The notes under the pieces are model-generated. The model was not told the origin of the DNA, ran no database searches, and was given only the letters and a program-made list of their open reading frames with translations. The position numbers were made by a program, and so were the translations under genes. DNA of 64,000 bases from Candidatus Eiseniibacteriota bacterium (lineage in GTDB: Bacteria; Eisenbacteria; RBG-16-71-46; CAIMUX01; VGJL01), in NCBI GenBank assembly GCA_963792585.1, contig CAWBWI010000006.1, positions 640,001-704,000 of the forward strand, given 5' to 3'. Within the stretch, counting starts at the first letter, position 1. Every line of letters starts with the position of its first letter. Shown here in pieces: positions 8,942-19,291 of this stretch.

Positions 8942-9040
8942 AGACCGTACCGTCGCGCGCCTCCGGTTGGGGCTTATCACCAGCTCGCGGCGGGTATGCA
9001 ATCTTCGGTTACCATCACCCCACAGGGAGGACAAGCTCCG

Positions 9041-9502
9041 ATGACTAAAGTGACACCGTTCCTGATGTTCAACGACCAGCTCGAAGCGGCCATGGAGTTC
9101 TACACCGCCACGTTCCCGGACTCCGAGATCAGGAATGTCGCCCGCACCGGTAAGGACGGCCCCATCACCTCCGCCGAGTTTGTCGTCGGCGGTCAGTTTT
9201 TCATGGGCTACAACGGGGGCCCGTACTTCACCTTCTCCGAAGGCCTCTCGCTCTACGTAGACTGCGAGGACCAGAACGAGGTCGACGAGTATTGGGACAA
9301 GCTCGTCAGGGCCGGCGCGAAGCCTACGCAGTGCGGTTGGATCAAGGACCCGTTCGGCCTCTCCTGGCAGATCGTCCCGAGGCGATTCATCGCGCTCATC
9401 CGCGACAAAGACCCCAGGAGGGTCAAGGCCGTGATGGAAGCTATGATGACGATGGTGAAGCTCGACGTGGCGGCGCTTGAGCGAGCGTACAATGAGGCGT
9501 AG
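9041..9502 (+). CDS. VOC/PhnB-like (3-demethylubiquinone-9 methyltransferase-like) protein
   Basis: KVTPFLMF...CGWIKDPFGLSWQIVP; GGAGG RBS. Confidence 0.9.
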   Translation: MTKVTPFLMFNDQLEAAMEFYTATFPDSEIRNVARTGKDGPITSAEFVVGGQFFMGYNGGPYFTFSEGLSLYVDCEDQNEVDEYWDKLVRAGAKPTQCGWIKDPFGLSWQIVPRRFIALIRDKDPRRVKAVMEAMMTMVKLDVAALERAYNEA

Positions 9503-9619
9503 CAGTCCGGCGCCCACGCCTTTCGGTCGATCCGGAACCAACCTGCGGCGCTGTCGCGCTCGCGGAGAACCTGGAGGCGCGGGGTCGTCTCGCCAGACCC
9601 CAAGGCGTCTGGAAGAGCT

Positions 9620-9681
9620 GCCCAACAAGCCGATGCAGCGGACCGGGCTTCGGCCGGCCGCTGGTCGGCAGGGCGTTAGGC
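9620..9681 (+). repeat. attC, short type (62 bp)
   Basis: GCCCAAC...GTTAGGC. Confidence 0.85.
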
Positions 9682-9707
9682 AACTAGAGCACCGCTGAGG
9701 AGGCGCG

Positions 9708-10181
9708 TTGGATCTCTCTGGGCATACGGTCAACGATCTCCTCCAGCTGTATGCTGGAGTTCTTCATGAGCTGCGCCGCCGTGGGGTCACCCGCAGCACG
9801 AACAACCCAGTTGCTGACTACACGGAGCACTTGGTATCAAGGCAGCTGGGCCTCGAACTCTGCCGCAACTCGGTATCGGGCTTCGACGCAACGGATGCTG
9901 ACGGCCATCGCTATCAGATCAGAGGCCGCCGGCTCACACCCGAGAATCCATCAACGGAACTCAGCGCGCTTCGCAATCTTCAATCTCGTCCCTTCGATTT
10001 CCTGATCGCCGTCATCCATCGATCCGATATCGCGGTCGACTATGCCGCACAAGTGCCCTACGAGGCGGTGCGCGAGCAGTCGCGGTACTCAAAGCACACA
10101 AACGCCCATAGGTTTCTGATGCGACGGAGCGTGTTGAATGACCCACGAGTCACAGATGCTACGTCCCGGCTTGTTGCCTAA
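9708..10181 (+). CDS. PD-(D/E)XK-like nuclease-fold protein
   Basis: NNPVADYTE...GFDA..GHRYQIRGRR; stop inside R''. Confidence 0.65.
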   Translation: MDLSGHTVNDLLQLYAGVLHELRRRGVTRSTNNPVADYTEHLVSRQLGLELCRNSVSGFDATDADGHRYQIRGRRLTPENPSTELSALRNLQSRPFDFLIAVIHRSDIAVDYAAQVPYEAVREQSRYSKHTNAHRFLMRRSVLNDPRVTDATSRLVA

Positions 10182-10306
10182 CAGCCGCGTTCACCTGCCG
10201 GGCGGGTCCGTTACGGCCCTGGCGAGGAAGTCAATGAAGTTCAATCACCACCTGGTGCCGCCAGGTCCGCGCCGGCCTCAGCTCGCATGTGATGCGAACG
10301 TTATCC
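10176..10306 (+). repeat. attC, chimeric (B for most of its length, A-type distal right arm)
   Basis: GCCTAAC..CGTTCACCTGCCGGG...GGCCTCAGCTCGCA.GTGATGCGAAC GTTATCC. Confidence 0.9.
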
Positions 10307-10406
10307 GACATGCGAGTCCAACGGATCTAGACATCATCCGGCAGGTCGCTGATCCGCCGAAGGCTGAGATGAGTCAAACCCGAGCATCGAGCAGAAGGAA
10401 CCGACC

Positions 10407-11525
10407 ATGAACCGACCAATTCCAGAAGCCGTGCAAATGGACGATTCATCAGGGAGCTTGCTGGGCAGCAGATTTGTCCTGAGCGTGGCTCTCGTTTGCG
10501 CAATAGTGCTGGTGCGCTGCCAGTCGGGTTCGAGGCAAGCAATTAACGCTTCGAACAAGGAGAACGCCATGCAACTGATCCAAAGGTGGGACAAGACCTT
10601 CCCAACAAGAGATAAGGTGGACCATCAGAAAGTAACTTTCCAAACCCGCTACGGCATCATCATAGCGGCTGACCTATACCAGCCGCAAAGTACCAGCGGC
10701 AAGCTGGCAGCGATTGCCGTTGGTGGCCCCTTTGGCGCGGTGAAGGAGCAGTCGTCGGGCCTTTATGCGCAGACCATGGCGGAACGCGGATTCGTCACGC
10801 TGGCTTTCGATCCGTCCTACACAGGGGAAAGTGGTGGCGAACCGCGTAATGTGGCCTCACCAGATATCAACACAGAGGATTTCAGTGCCGCCGTGGATTT
10901 TCTTGGCCTGCAACCCAATGTTGACCGCGAGCGAATTGGCATCATCGGCATTTGCGGCTGGGGCGGCATGGCATTGAATGCCACCGCCGTGGACAAACGC
11001 GTCAAGGCGGTCGTGGTCAGCACCATGTACGACATGACGCGCGTCATGTCCAAGGGCTACAACGACAGTGTGACCCTCGAACAGCGCACGCAAACACTGG
11101 AGCAACTGGGCCGGCAGCGTTGGCAGGATGCGGAAAAGGGAACTCCGGCGTATGGCCCGGTCTCCAATGAGCTGAAAGGCGGCGAAGCGCAGTTCCTGGT
11201 GGACTATCACGACTACTACAGGACGCCGCGGGGCTTCCATCCGCGGGCGGTGAACTCGAACGGCTCGTGGACGCTCACAACCCCGCTGTCGTTCATGAAC
11301 ATGCCGATCTTGACCTACATCGCGGAGATTTCGCCGCGCCCAGTTCTGTTCATCCACGGCGAAAAGGCCCACTCGCGCTATTTCAGCGAAACCGCCTACG
11401 CGGCTGCGGCGGAGCCGAAGGAACTCATGATCATCCCGGACGCCAACCACACTGATCTATACGACCGTATGGACGTGATTCCGTTCGACAAGATCACAGT
11501 GTTCTTCGGCACGAACCTGAAGTGA
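10407..11525 (+). CDS. Alpha/beta hydrolase (YcjY-like; start may be 10569)
   Basis: GAVKEQSSGLYA, GICGWGG, H(T)DLYD. Confidence 0.88.
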   Translation: MNRPIPEAVQMDDSSGSLLGSRFVLSVALVCAIVLVRCQSGSRQAINASNKENAMQLIQRWDKTFPTRDKVDHQKVTFQTRYGIIIAADLYQPQSTSGKLAAIAVGGPFGAVKEQSSGLYAQTMAERGFVTLAFDPSYTGESGGEPRNVASPDINTEDFSAAVDFLGLQPNVDRERIGIIGICGWGGMALNATAVDKRVKAVVVSTMYDMTRVMSKGYNDSVTLEQRTQTLEQLGRQRWQDAEKGTPAYGPVSNELKGGEAQFLVDYHDYYRTPRGFHPRAVNSNGSWTLTTPLSFMNMPILTYIAEISPRPVLFIHGEKAHSRYFSETAYAAAAEPKELMIIPDANHTDLYDRMDVIPFDKITVFFGTNLK

Positions 11526-11579
11526 CATCACGGCCGTGAGCAGGGATAACGTTACTCTGGCGAACGCCTCGGGGTTGCC

Positions 11580-11639
11580 GCATAACAACCGGTTGCAGCG
11601 AACGGCGCTTCGCACCGCCGCTGAACCGGAGCGTTAGGC
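11580..11639 (+). repeat. attC, short type (60 bp)
   Basis: GCATAACAACCGGTTGCAGCG...CGCTGAACCGGAGCGTTAGGC. Confidence 0.9.
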
Positions 11640-11669
11640 GACCCTTATGACTATAGGAGGTCTCACCTA

Positions 11670-12231
<562 letters not shown>

Positions 12232-12263
12232 AGAAAGACCTCGTGGCGACGAAGCTGGGTGCC

Positions 12264-12323
12264 GCCTAACAACGGGTTGCAGCCGACGTTGCTCCGCTGC
12301 GCGGCTGAGCCCGAACGTTAGGC
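12264..12323 (+). repeat. attC, short type (60 bp)
   Basis: GCCTAAC...GTTAGGC. Confidence 0.9.
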
Positions 12324-12370
12324 GGCGGAGATCCGTCGCTCACGACCAACGGGAGAGAGTGGGGGTAAGC

Positions 12371-12841
12371 ATGCATATTCTCGAACATCTGTTTCTCGTC
12401 GGCGAGTTCGCGGAGAGAGCGCACCTGCTGTCAGGGCTGACGCTCGAGCAAGTGACTCTCCGGCCGGAGGGCGCGTCGCACTCCATCTACGACGAGCTAT
12501 GGCATCTCGTGGGGTACCAGCAGAGCATCATCGAGCCGGGGGGCGTACCGCCCGGCGACCTGTACCCGACCGCGGCGCCGGAACACGAGGACCAATGGCA
12601 CCAGCTGGTGCAAGTGTTCCTGACCGGGGCTCGCGCTGCGGCAGACTTAGGACAGGCGCCCGCGCGACTGGCCGCGGAGGTCGAGCCGGGTGTGACCTTG
12701 GCCGATGAGTTGAACAGCGTGGCTGTGCATAACGCATATCACTTCGGCAAGATCGTTGCCTTGCGCCAGCGGATTGGCGCGTGGCCGCCCAGAGCAGTCA
12801 GATGCGCCGTGAATAGGCGCACGGTCTCTGGCGCCGCCTAA
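12371..12841 (+). CDS. DinB family protein
   Basis: HSIYDELWHL...HNAYHFGKIVALR. Confidence 0.85.
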   Translation: MHILEHLFLVGEFAERAHLLSGLTLEQVTLRPEGASHSIYDELWHLVGYQQSIIEPGGVPPGDLYPTAAPEHEDQWHQLVQVFLTGARAAADLGQAPARLAAEVEPGVTLADELNSVAVHNAYHFGKIVALRQRIGAWPPRAVRCAVNRRTVSGAA

Positions 12842-12937
12842 CTACACGCTGCAGCCGACAAGAACGCGGCCCTCAGACTGGCGTAAACTGTTCGGGCAGC
12901 GAGGCCGCGTTTTTGCGGCTGAGCTCTGACGTTCGGC
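12836..12937 (+). repeat. attC (102 bp)
   Basis: GCCTAAC...GTTCGGC with a long inverted repeat. Confidence 0.88.
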
Positions 12938-12967
12938 CGACACACATCCGAGGTACAGGAGACCACC

Positions 12968-13474
12968 ATGCCCGCCCGCAAGTCTGACAAGACTTCCAAG
13001 CCCGCAGTCCGCAAACCGGCCAAGCGCGCGGCGGCACAAGGCAAGGCTGCCACGACGCTGCCGGAATCCATGGTGACCGGCAAGGCAAGCCCCGCGAAGG
13101 CTGCGGTCGGCGACAAGCCGGTCTTCGCCTACATCGCCAGCCTGCCGCAGCCGCAGCGCGGCATCGCGGAATGCATCGATGCTCTGGCGGCCAAGACGCT
13201 TCCCGGCCTGCAGCGCTCCGTGAAATGGGGCATGTCGTACTATGGCGTCGGCGACGGCTGGTGCTTCTGTTGCGGCGGCTTCGCCGGCCACGTCAAGCTC
13301 ATGTTCGTGAACGGTGCGGCGCTCGTGCCGGTACCGCCGGTGACGCCGGTGGCGATGGGCAAGTCTACGCGGGGCGTGGAGCTCGAATCCGTGGACGACC
13401 TCGACGAACGCCAGATCGCGGCGTGGATGAAACAAGTCGCGGCCGTGCCCGGTGTCGGGGGGAAGAAGCGGTAG
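12968..13474 (+). CDS. DUF1801-like protein
   Basis: AYIASLPQPQR...VKWGMSYY...HVKLMF. Confidence 0.8.
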   Translation: MPARKSDKTSKPAVRKPAKRAAAQGKAATTLPESMVTGKASPAKAAVGDKPVFAYIASLPQPQRGIAECIDALAAKTLPGLQRSVKWGMSYYGVGDGWCFCCGGFAGHVKLMFVNGAALVPVPPVTPVAMGKSTRGVELESVDDLDERQIAAWMKQVAAVPGVGGKKR

Positions 13475-13544
13475 GGCCGCGAGGTGTTGTTGGGCGCCCG
13501 GGCGTGTCGCGGTCCGCGTGGCTCCAGCGCGGCGGGCGGCAGAG

Positions 13545-13640
13545 GCCGAACCAGGCGCTGCAGCAGCCGGCGGGGCATGATCGGTTTCTGGAAGTTCATG
13601 GCTGAGCGTGCCTCGCCGCTGCTGAGATGGGTATTCAGGC
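13545..13640 (+). repeat. attC with degenerate R'
   Basis: GCCGAAC matches GTTCGGC; CTGCAGCAGC/GCTGCTGAG arms. Confidence 0.7.
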
Positions 13641-13681
13641 GGTAGAGAACTCAATTCACAACCGTGGGGGGATATTTCACA

Positions 13682-14428
13682 ATGGACATTCCAAGGATCT
13701 TCAACATCACCGAAAGTGCTCATCGCATCCACAACCCGTTCACACCCGAAAAACTCGCTACTCTCGGCGCGGCGTTGCGCCTGGAACCGGGGACCCGTGT
13801 CCTCGACCTCGGCAGCGGCTCGGGCGAGATGCTGTGCACCTGGGCACGCGATTACGGAATCCTTGGCACTGGTATCGACATGAGCCAATTGTTCTCCGAT
13901 CAAGCGAAGCGCCGCGCTGAAGAACTCGGTGTTGCCGGCCAAGTCGAGTTCATCCACGGCGACGCTGCCGGCTACGTAGCCGCCGAAAAGGTCGGTGTGG
14001 CAGCCTGTCTCGGCGCCACGTGGATCGGCGGGGGAGTCGTCGGCACCATCGAACTTCTGGCGAAAAGCCTCCGCACGGGAGGGATCATCCTCATCGGCGA
14101 GCCCTATTGGTCGCAGTTACCGCCGACAGAAGACGTTGCCAAGGGTTGCCATGCCGGTTCGATAGCCGACTTTCTCATGCTTCCAGAACTGCTCGCGTCT
14201 TTCGGCAGACTCGACTACGACGTCGTGGAAATGGTTCTGGCAGACCAAGAGGGCTGGGACAGGTACGAGGCAGCCAAGTGGCTCACCATGCGGCGATGGC
14301 TCGAAGCCAATCCCGACGACGAGTTAGCCAAAGATGTTCGAGCCGAACTGACCTCGGAACCCGTGCGCTACGCCACGTACACGCGTGAATACTTGGGCTG
14401 GGGGGTGTTCGCGCTGATGGCGCGGTGA
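13682..14428 (+). CDS. Class I SAM methyltransferase (YjhP-like)
   Basis: MDIPRIFNITES; VLDLGSGSGE. Confidence 0.9.
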   Translation: MDIPRIFNITESAHRIHNPFTPEKLATLGAALRLEPGTRVLDLGSGSGEMLCTWARDYGILGTGIDMSQLFSDQAKRRAEELGVAGQVEFIHGDAAGYVAAEKVGVAACLGATWIGGGVVGTIELLAKSLRTGGIILIGEPYWSQLPPTEDVAKGCHAGSIADFLMLPELLASFGRLDYDVVEMVLADQEGWDRYEAAKWLTMRRWLEANPDDELAKDVRAELTSEPVRYATYTREYLGWGVFALMAR

Positions 14429-14473
14429 TGAAGAGATTGCCCTACGACTCGGAAAGTGGTGAAAACCAATCAT

Positions 14474-14573
14474 GCCTAACAGACCGATGGAGCAGAAGGA
14501 TCGGCCTTGTCACTTCGCTGGCAGGAGCCAGCGCCGCGCCAAGACCGCGCGCTGCTCAACGCTGACGTTGGGC
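14474..14573 (+). repeat. attC (100 bp)
   Basis: GCCTAAC...GTTGGGC. Confidence 0.8.
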
Positions 14574-14603
14574 CGTTTCCATGACGAAGAGGCCTCCACA
14601 TCT

Positions 14604-15013
14604 GTGACAAGGGCAGATCTTGCTGTGTCAGCGGCGGCAACAATCGCTTGGGCTGCGAGACCCACAACATCTTTCGCGTACGATTACTACCCACTTGCGG
14701 TTGGCTGCCACTGGGGCTACGACAACGCGAGCGGCGGTCTCCACACCATTTCGATCACCGGCGAGCGAATCGTCCTCGGTGCGGTTACCAGGGTGAGACA
14801 CCAACTCGAGGGCGACCAGGAGTACGAGAACTACTGGACGAAGGACACCGCTGGCAACCTATTCATACATGGTGCCTACGATTACGATGGATTCGAGATC
14901 TCCTACCTGCCGCCAATCGCGATGGTTATGGCCCCTCTCTATGTAACGAAGACGTGGGTAACAGAGAACATCTGCCTTTACGACCTCGATGGAACGCCGT
15001 GGGGTGGTGACCC
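14604..15013 (+). pseudogene. Secreted protein, 3'-truncated and fused into the next attC
   Basis: Signal peptide, DYYPLAVG..W.Y; reads directly into the attC frame (IHLTRW), stop at 15143. Confidence 0.65.
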
Positions 15014-15132
15014 CATTCACCTGACGCGCTGGGCCGTCACGGTCCTGGCAGAGAAGCATAGCCAACAAAACCATCACCCGGGGCTGCCAGGCCCGCGCCG
15101 GCCTCAGGACGCAGGTGATGCGAACGTTCGGC
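15014..15132 (+). repeat. attC subtype A lacking R''
   Basis: Begins at CATTCACCTGACG, ends GTTCGGC. Confidence 0.85.
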
Positions 15133-15147
15133 GAAAGGTGTAGAGCG

Positions 15148-16092
15148 ATGACGCAGTCCGAGGACATTGCTGAGCGGTTCTGGAGTCTTCCGCAGAAGCC
15201 TGATGAGGAATCGCGGCGAGAGCAGCTCTTTCTGGACGACGTGATTCAGAAGGCGCATCTCGATCGGGAAATCGCATCCCGCCTTGCGGGGGTGGAGACG
15301 GCCCTCGACGTGGGGGCTGGGACGGGGCGGTTCTCCATACCGTTGGCGGCACGCGGCATTGCGGTCACGCATCTCGATATTGCCGGGGGCATGATCGAGA
15401 GAGCCCGCCACGAGGCTAGGCAAGCCGGAGTTCTGGGGCGGCTGACCTTCCGGCAGGGACGGTTCTCCGACCTCGAGGAATATGCTGCTCGGGAATTCGA
15501 CCTCGTCATATGCTCGGATGCCCCCGTGTCTTATGCCTACCCGGACCATGCCGCAGCCATCACGGCCCTGGCGCGTGTTTGCGGCAAGGCGATCGTTCTC
15601 AGTGTTTCCAGCAGGCTGGGATATATGTCGCTGTGCCTGAATCCTCTGCAGAAGGAGCCGTACTTCGCGGATCCCGAAGACGAGGACCCGCTTGTCCGCT
15701 TCTACCTCCACAACGGGCGCGCCCAGCTTGCTTCCTGGGAGCCACCGATTGACACCGCGTGGAACGCCTTCAGGACGGGCCTCCTTTCGGACCCCCAGGA
15801 GACGGATCGTGACTATCGGGCTGGACACGCCCCGTGGCCACACAACTATCTGTTCCAGCCAGCAGAGTTGGAGGGGTTGCTGCGGTCGAATCACGTGGCC
15901 GACATCAAACTCGCGGGTCCGGGCGCGCTATCGCGAGGGCTTCCGAATGTCGTCCTTCGGAAGCTCCTGTTGACAGATGAGCACCGTCAGCGCTTCCTGG
16001 ACTTGTGCTACGAGTTCGATTCCCAGCCCTCGGTTTGTGGCCTCGGGAAGGACAATCTTGTAGCGTCGGGACGCGCGTCCGCCGAGTGGTAG
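15148..16092 (+). CDS. Class I SAM methyltransferase
   Basis: ALDVGAGTGRFS; FDLVIC. Confidence 0.88.
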   Translation: MTQSEDIAERFWSLPQKPDEESRREQLFLDDVIQKAHLDREIASRLAGVETALDVGAGTGRFSIPLAARGIAVTHLDIAGGMIERARHEARQAGVLGRLTFRQGRFSDLEEYAAREFDLVICSDAPVSYAYPDHAAAITALARVCGKAIVLSVSSRLGYMSLCLNPLQKEPYFADPEDEDPLVRFYLHNGRAQLASWEPPIDTAWNAFRTGLLSDPQETDRDYRAGHAPWPHNYLFQPAELEGLLRSNHVADIKLAGPGALSRGLPNVVLRKLLLTDEHRQRFLDLCYEFDSQPSVCGLGKDNLVASGRASAEW

Positions 16093-16097
16093 CAACC

Positions 16098-16196
16098 GCC
16101 GGACAAGCGGCCGAAACCGTCCTGCGGCGCCGGGCGAGCCCAGTCCGTCGGAGGATCGAATCTGGCGCCGCCCGCGGGTTAGCCGCAGCATTATGC
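16098..16196 (+). repeat. Degenerate attC
   Basis: GCCGGAC (expected GCCGAAC)...ATTATGC (expected GTTATGC). Confidence 0.65.
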
Positions 16197-16217
16197 GTCT
16201 ATAGGAAGGAGAGTGTC

Positions 16218-16634
16218 TTGATTGAAGCCCTCATTGGTGTCGCGGTAGGTGGTCTCACGATCGGGTTGGCACGGATCATTCGTGGGCAGCGTTGGTTGTA
16301 TTCATTAGGTCTGCTCACTCTGCCCAGCTTGTACGCATTCTTTGCTCTACAAGCCGGTGAGCAGGCTGTGGGCGTCAAAGAAATGATCTACGGGGTTCCG
16401 TTTGTCGTAGTTGGGCTGGTTTTCGCATTTGTGAGCGTCCGTCGGTCAGCGGTAGTGGTCGGTGCATTCTGGATACTTCACGGGCTGTACGACTTGACGC
16501 ATAGTCAGTTCATTACAAACGCTGGTGTTCCTGGTTGGTATCCCGTCTTCTGTTTCTCGGTTGATGTTGTTATCGGTGCATATCTACTATGGCTGTCGCG
16601 TCGTATCTCCAACGCGAATCTTCGCCAGGCGTAA
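16218..16634 (+). CDS. Membrane protein (DUF6010-like)
   Basis: AGGAG + TTG; HGLYDLTH...VPGWYPVFC..VD. Confidence 0.75.
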   Translation: MIEALIGVAVGGLTIGLARIIRGQRWLYSLGLLTLPSLYAFFALQAGEQAVGVKEMIYGVPFVVVGLVFAFVSVRRSAVVVGAFWILHGLYDLTHSQFITNAGVPGWYPVFCFSVDVVIGAYLLWLSRRISNANLRQA

Positions 16635-16692
16635 GTCGTGGCTTTGCCATTCTCGGAAGGCGGTAGGATCTGTTCAGGTTATTGAAGACGAC

Positions 16693-16764
16693 GCATAGCC
16701 CTTCCGTCAACCGGACAGTCGGCAAGCTGCTCATTTTGACCTCCGGTCATGTCATACGCCATGC
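16693..16764 (+). repeat. Degenerate attC
   Basis: GCATAGC...GCCATGC; flanks complementary to the partner sites. Confidence 0.55.
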
Positions 16765-16788
16765 TCACTGTGCTACGGCGGTGATGAC

Positions 16789-17325
16789 ATGAATGACATG
16801 ATGCGCGCGCGCGGTCACCTGGTTGGATGGCTAGTCTACACAAAGGCCGGTCGTGTCCTGCTCCTCTTGAGCGTCCTTATCCCCGTCACCATCCGAGTTT
16901 ATCGATACCTGAATCACGACCGTTGGGTGGTGGATCCGACCACATATGCCCCACCATCTCCATCTGAATCCACCTCGTACGGAGCACCGCAACCGGGACG
17001 CCATGACGCAACGGCGCGTTCTCAGGTTACTTTGCCTTCCACCGGTATTGGTGGAAACTATCTTTCCGCGGCGGGTGACGGATCTGACCCCTTTGTCGCT
17101 GTAGACAAGGACGCATTGGGTGAGCTCACCAAGGCCGCAAGTCGCAAGGACTACTACGGCGTAGCCGACCTTCTTGCGTCTGGCCGTGTCTTCACCGTCA
17201 AGGACGGTCAAACTGGTCCCCGTGTCCTGGACCATGGATTTGTGAAGACGCGTGTTCGAATACTTAATGGCGCAAATGCTGGCCGGTCAGGCTGGGTGCC
17301 TTCCGAATGGGTCCACGACCGATGA
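16789..17325 (+). CDS. Single-TM hypothetical protein with SH3-like C-terminus
   Basis: TM helix; RVRILNG...GWVPSEWV. Confidence 0.7.
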   Translation: MNDMMRARGHLVGWLVYTKAGRVLLLLSVLIPVTIRVYRYLNHDRWVVDPTTYAPPSPSESTSYGAPQPGRHDATARSQVTLPSTGIGGNYLSAAGDGSDPFVAVDKDALGELTKAASRKDYYGVADLLASGRVFTVKDGQTGPRVLDHGFVKTRVRILNGANAGRSGWVPSEWVHDR

Positions 17326-17332
17326 ACTCGGA

Positions 17333-17463
17333 GCATGACCGCCGCGTTCGCCTGCCGGGTGGGTCCGTCACGGCCCTGGCAGAGAAGGATAGAAGGCTAA
17401 ACCATCACCCTGGGCTGCCAGGGCCGCGCCGGCCCCAGCTCGCAGGTGATGCGAACGTTAGGC
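17333..17463 (+). repeat. attC, chimeric (B left arm, A loop and right arm)
   Basis: GCATGAC..CGTTCGCCTGCCGGG...GGCAGAGAAG...GTTAGGC. Confidence 0.88.
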
Positions 17464-17491
17464 CGACAACCAAAGTTGTGGGAGGATAATC

Positions 17492-18130
17492 ATGAGCAAG
17501 GTATTCGTGAACATCGGACTTAGCCTTGACGGCTACATGGCACCGGAAGGGATGACCATTGAGAATTGGGAGAAGCCTGAGTACAAGAACTGGGGCGCCA
17601 AGTGGGGTGCGCTGATGGGCTGGATCATTAATCAGCAGTACTTCCGCGAGAACCTCAAGCTCGGACCAGGGGGAGAGACCGGTCCGGTCAATGACATGGT
17701 TCGTAACACCACGGAGCGCATCGGCGCCAACATCATGGGCAAGCGAATGTTCGAGCAAGGCGAGGTCTCATGGCCCGAGGAGGCTCCGTTTCACACTCCA
17801 GTATACGTTCTTACCCACGAGAAGCGCGAACCTTGGGTCCGGCCGGGCGGGACGACATTCTACTTCGTCAACGACGGCCCGGAGAGCGCCCTTGAGCAGG
17901 CTCGGGAGTCTGCGGGCGGTCGCGATATTCGCATCGCGGGCGGCGCGGACGTGATCCAGCAGTACTTGAACCTGGGTGTCATCGATGAGCTGGAAATCGC
18001 CTTGGCGCCGGTGCTGTTCGGCGGTGGGAGACGTCTCTTCGAGAACCTACGCGAGCCGGCGCCGAGGTTTCGAATTGACAAGGTGCTTGATAGTCCAGCT
18101 GCAACACACTTGCGCTATGTGCGTGAGTAA
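17492..18130 (+). CDS. Dihydrofolate reductase/RibD family protein
   Basis: IGLSLDGYMA...MGKRMF...IAGGA...DELEIALAPVLFGGG. Confidence 0.9.
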   Translation: MSKVFVNIGLSLDGYMAPEGMTIENWEKPEYKNWGAKWGALMGWIINQQYFRENLKLGPGGETGPVNDMVRNTTERIGANIMGKRMFEQGEVSWPEEAPFHTPVYVLTHEKREPWVRPGGTTFYFVNDGPESALEQARESAGGRDIRIAGGADVIQQYLNLGVIDELEIALAPVLFGGGRRLFENLREPAPRFRIDKVLDSPAATHLRYVRE

Positions 18131-18134
18131 GGCG

Positions 18135-18198
18135 GCCTAACAACCGGTTGCAGCGGACGGTCTGCGGCACGGCCCGCCGCTGAACCGGAGCGTTAGGA
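18135..18198 (+). repeat. attC, short type (64 bp)
   Basis: GCCTAACAACCGGTTGCAGCGG...CCGCTGAACCGGAGCGTTAGGA. Confidence 0.9.
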
Positions 18199-18644
18199 GG
18201 CACGACACCCTGAGTAGCAATTTGCTCGAGGACGTTTGAAGGGCCAATCCTGTTGGCCCTCGCTCTTGCGGAAGGGTCGAATGCCATCCATCCAGCCGAA
18301 CCGTTGACTACGCTGAATCCACTGCGGCCGGATGGTGCTCCTCCCCCTCCAACGAAGAACCTGCTCTTTGACCCCGACTCAGACGCCTCCAAGCCCTTGT
18401 GGCCCAAGCGAATCCACTTCAAACGAAGCCCACTTTCAATTTGGTCGTGCCTGGACTCGGTGGTAGGCTTGATGCGCACAGCGGATGCGGAAGATTGAAA
18501 CGACGGGGAATCGCTGGTGCAGGAATCCGGGGGCCGCGCGATGAGCAAGGTGCCCACTATCTCTTCCTCGACCTCATCCTCTCCCTCCACGAGTGGATCC
18601 ACACCCTCGTACTTGCCAATCAAGAAGGGCGTTCAAGGCGTTCC

Positions 18645-18672
18645 TCCTAACAGCCGCATTCACCTGCGGGCG
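18645..18672 (+). repeat. attC subtype A remnant (left arm only)
   Basis: TCCTAACAGCCGCATTCACCTG; TCCTAAC pairs with GTTAGGA 18192. Confidence 0.75.
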
Positions 18673-18684
18673 GGGTTGAGTGGC

Positions 18685-19137
18685 ATGAAAGCGGGGTGTC
18701 CTTTGAGATTGTTGCTCCTCTACTGCCTCTGTGCCATCGCATTTCCCGGCTTATCGCATGCTCTGCCACTGGATCTCCACGTCTTCCCCGACGATCCTAG
18801 ATGGGGCGACCCAGTGGTAGTCCTTCTCGTCGGAGGCCTCGACCCAAGCTGTTCTCGAGTCGACTCCGTGTTCTGTAGCCAAACTGCTGCGTACCGTCTC
18901 GACATGAACGTCCTGATCGTCAGGACCCAAGAGCGATGCCTCGCCATCTGGGAGGCGTTCGCGGAAAACTGCGTGTTCAATCACCTTCCATTCGGCGATT
19001 ACACCATCGTTGCAAGGGTCTTCTACGATGACCTGTCTGAACCGCCCGCCCTTGTGGATTCGGTGGCGTTTTCAGTGAAGCTACCAACCGCCACGCACGC
19101 GTCGAGCTGGGGTCACGTTCGGGGACTGTTCCGATGA
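18685..19137 (+). CDS. Secreted Ig-like protein with SSWGHVRGLFR tail
   Basis: Signal peptide ending SHA; WG tail. Confidence 0.8.
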   Translation: MKAGCPLRLLLLYCLCAIAFPGLSHALPLDLHVFPDDPRWGDPVVVLLVGGLDPSCSRVDSVFCSQTAAYRLDMNVLIVRTQERCLAIWEAFAENCVFNHLPFGDYTIVARVFYDDLSEPPALVDSVAFSVKLPTATHASSWGHVRGLFR

Positions 19138-19150
19138 CACAGTGGCGAGT

Positions 19151-19281
19151 GCATAACAGCCGCTTTCATCTGACGCGCTGGCCCGTCACGGCCCGGGCAG
19201 AGAAGCACAGAAGGCAAGACCATCTCCCGGGGCCGCCACAGCCGCGCCGGCCTCAGCTCGCAGGTGATGCGAACGTTGGTC
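19151..19281 (+). repeat. attC subtype A (diverged)
   Basis: GCATAAC...GTTGGTC. Confidence 0.9.
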
Positions 19282-19291
19282 GGGGTGTGCG

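Noticed and set aside
8075..9733. Long ORFs 8075..9502 (+) and 8423..9733 (-) as single large proteins
   Set aside because: They are GC-driven extensions across attC sites; only the VOC (from 9041) and ArsR (from 8788) parts are coherent.
11544..11550. GGATAAC as the R'' matching GTTATCC at 10300
   Set aside because: No hairpin follows it; the canonical attC starts at GCATAAC 11580.
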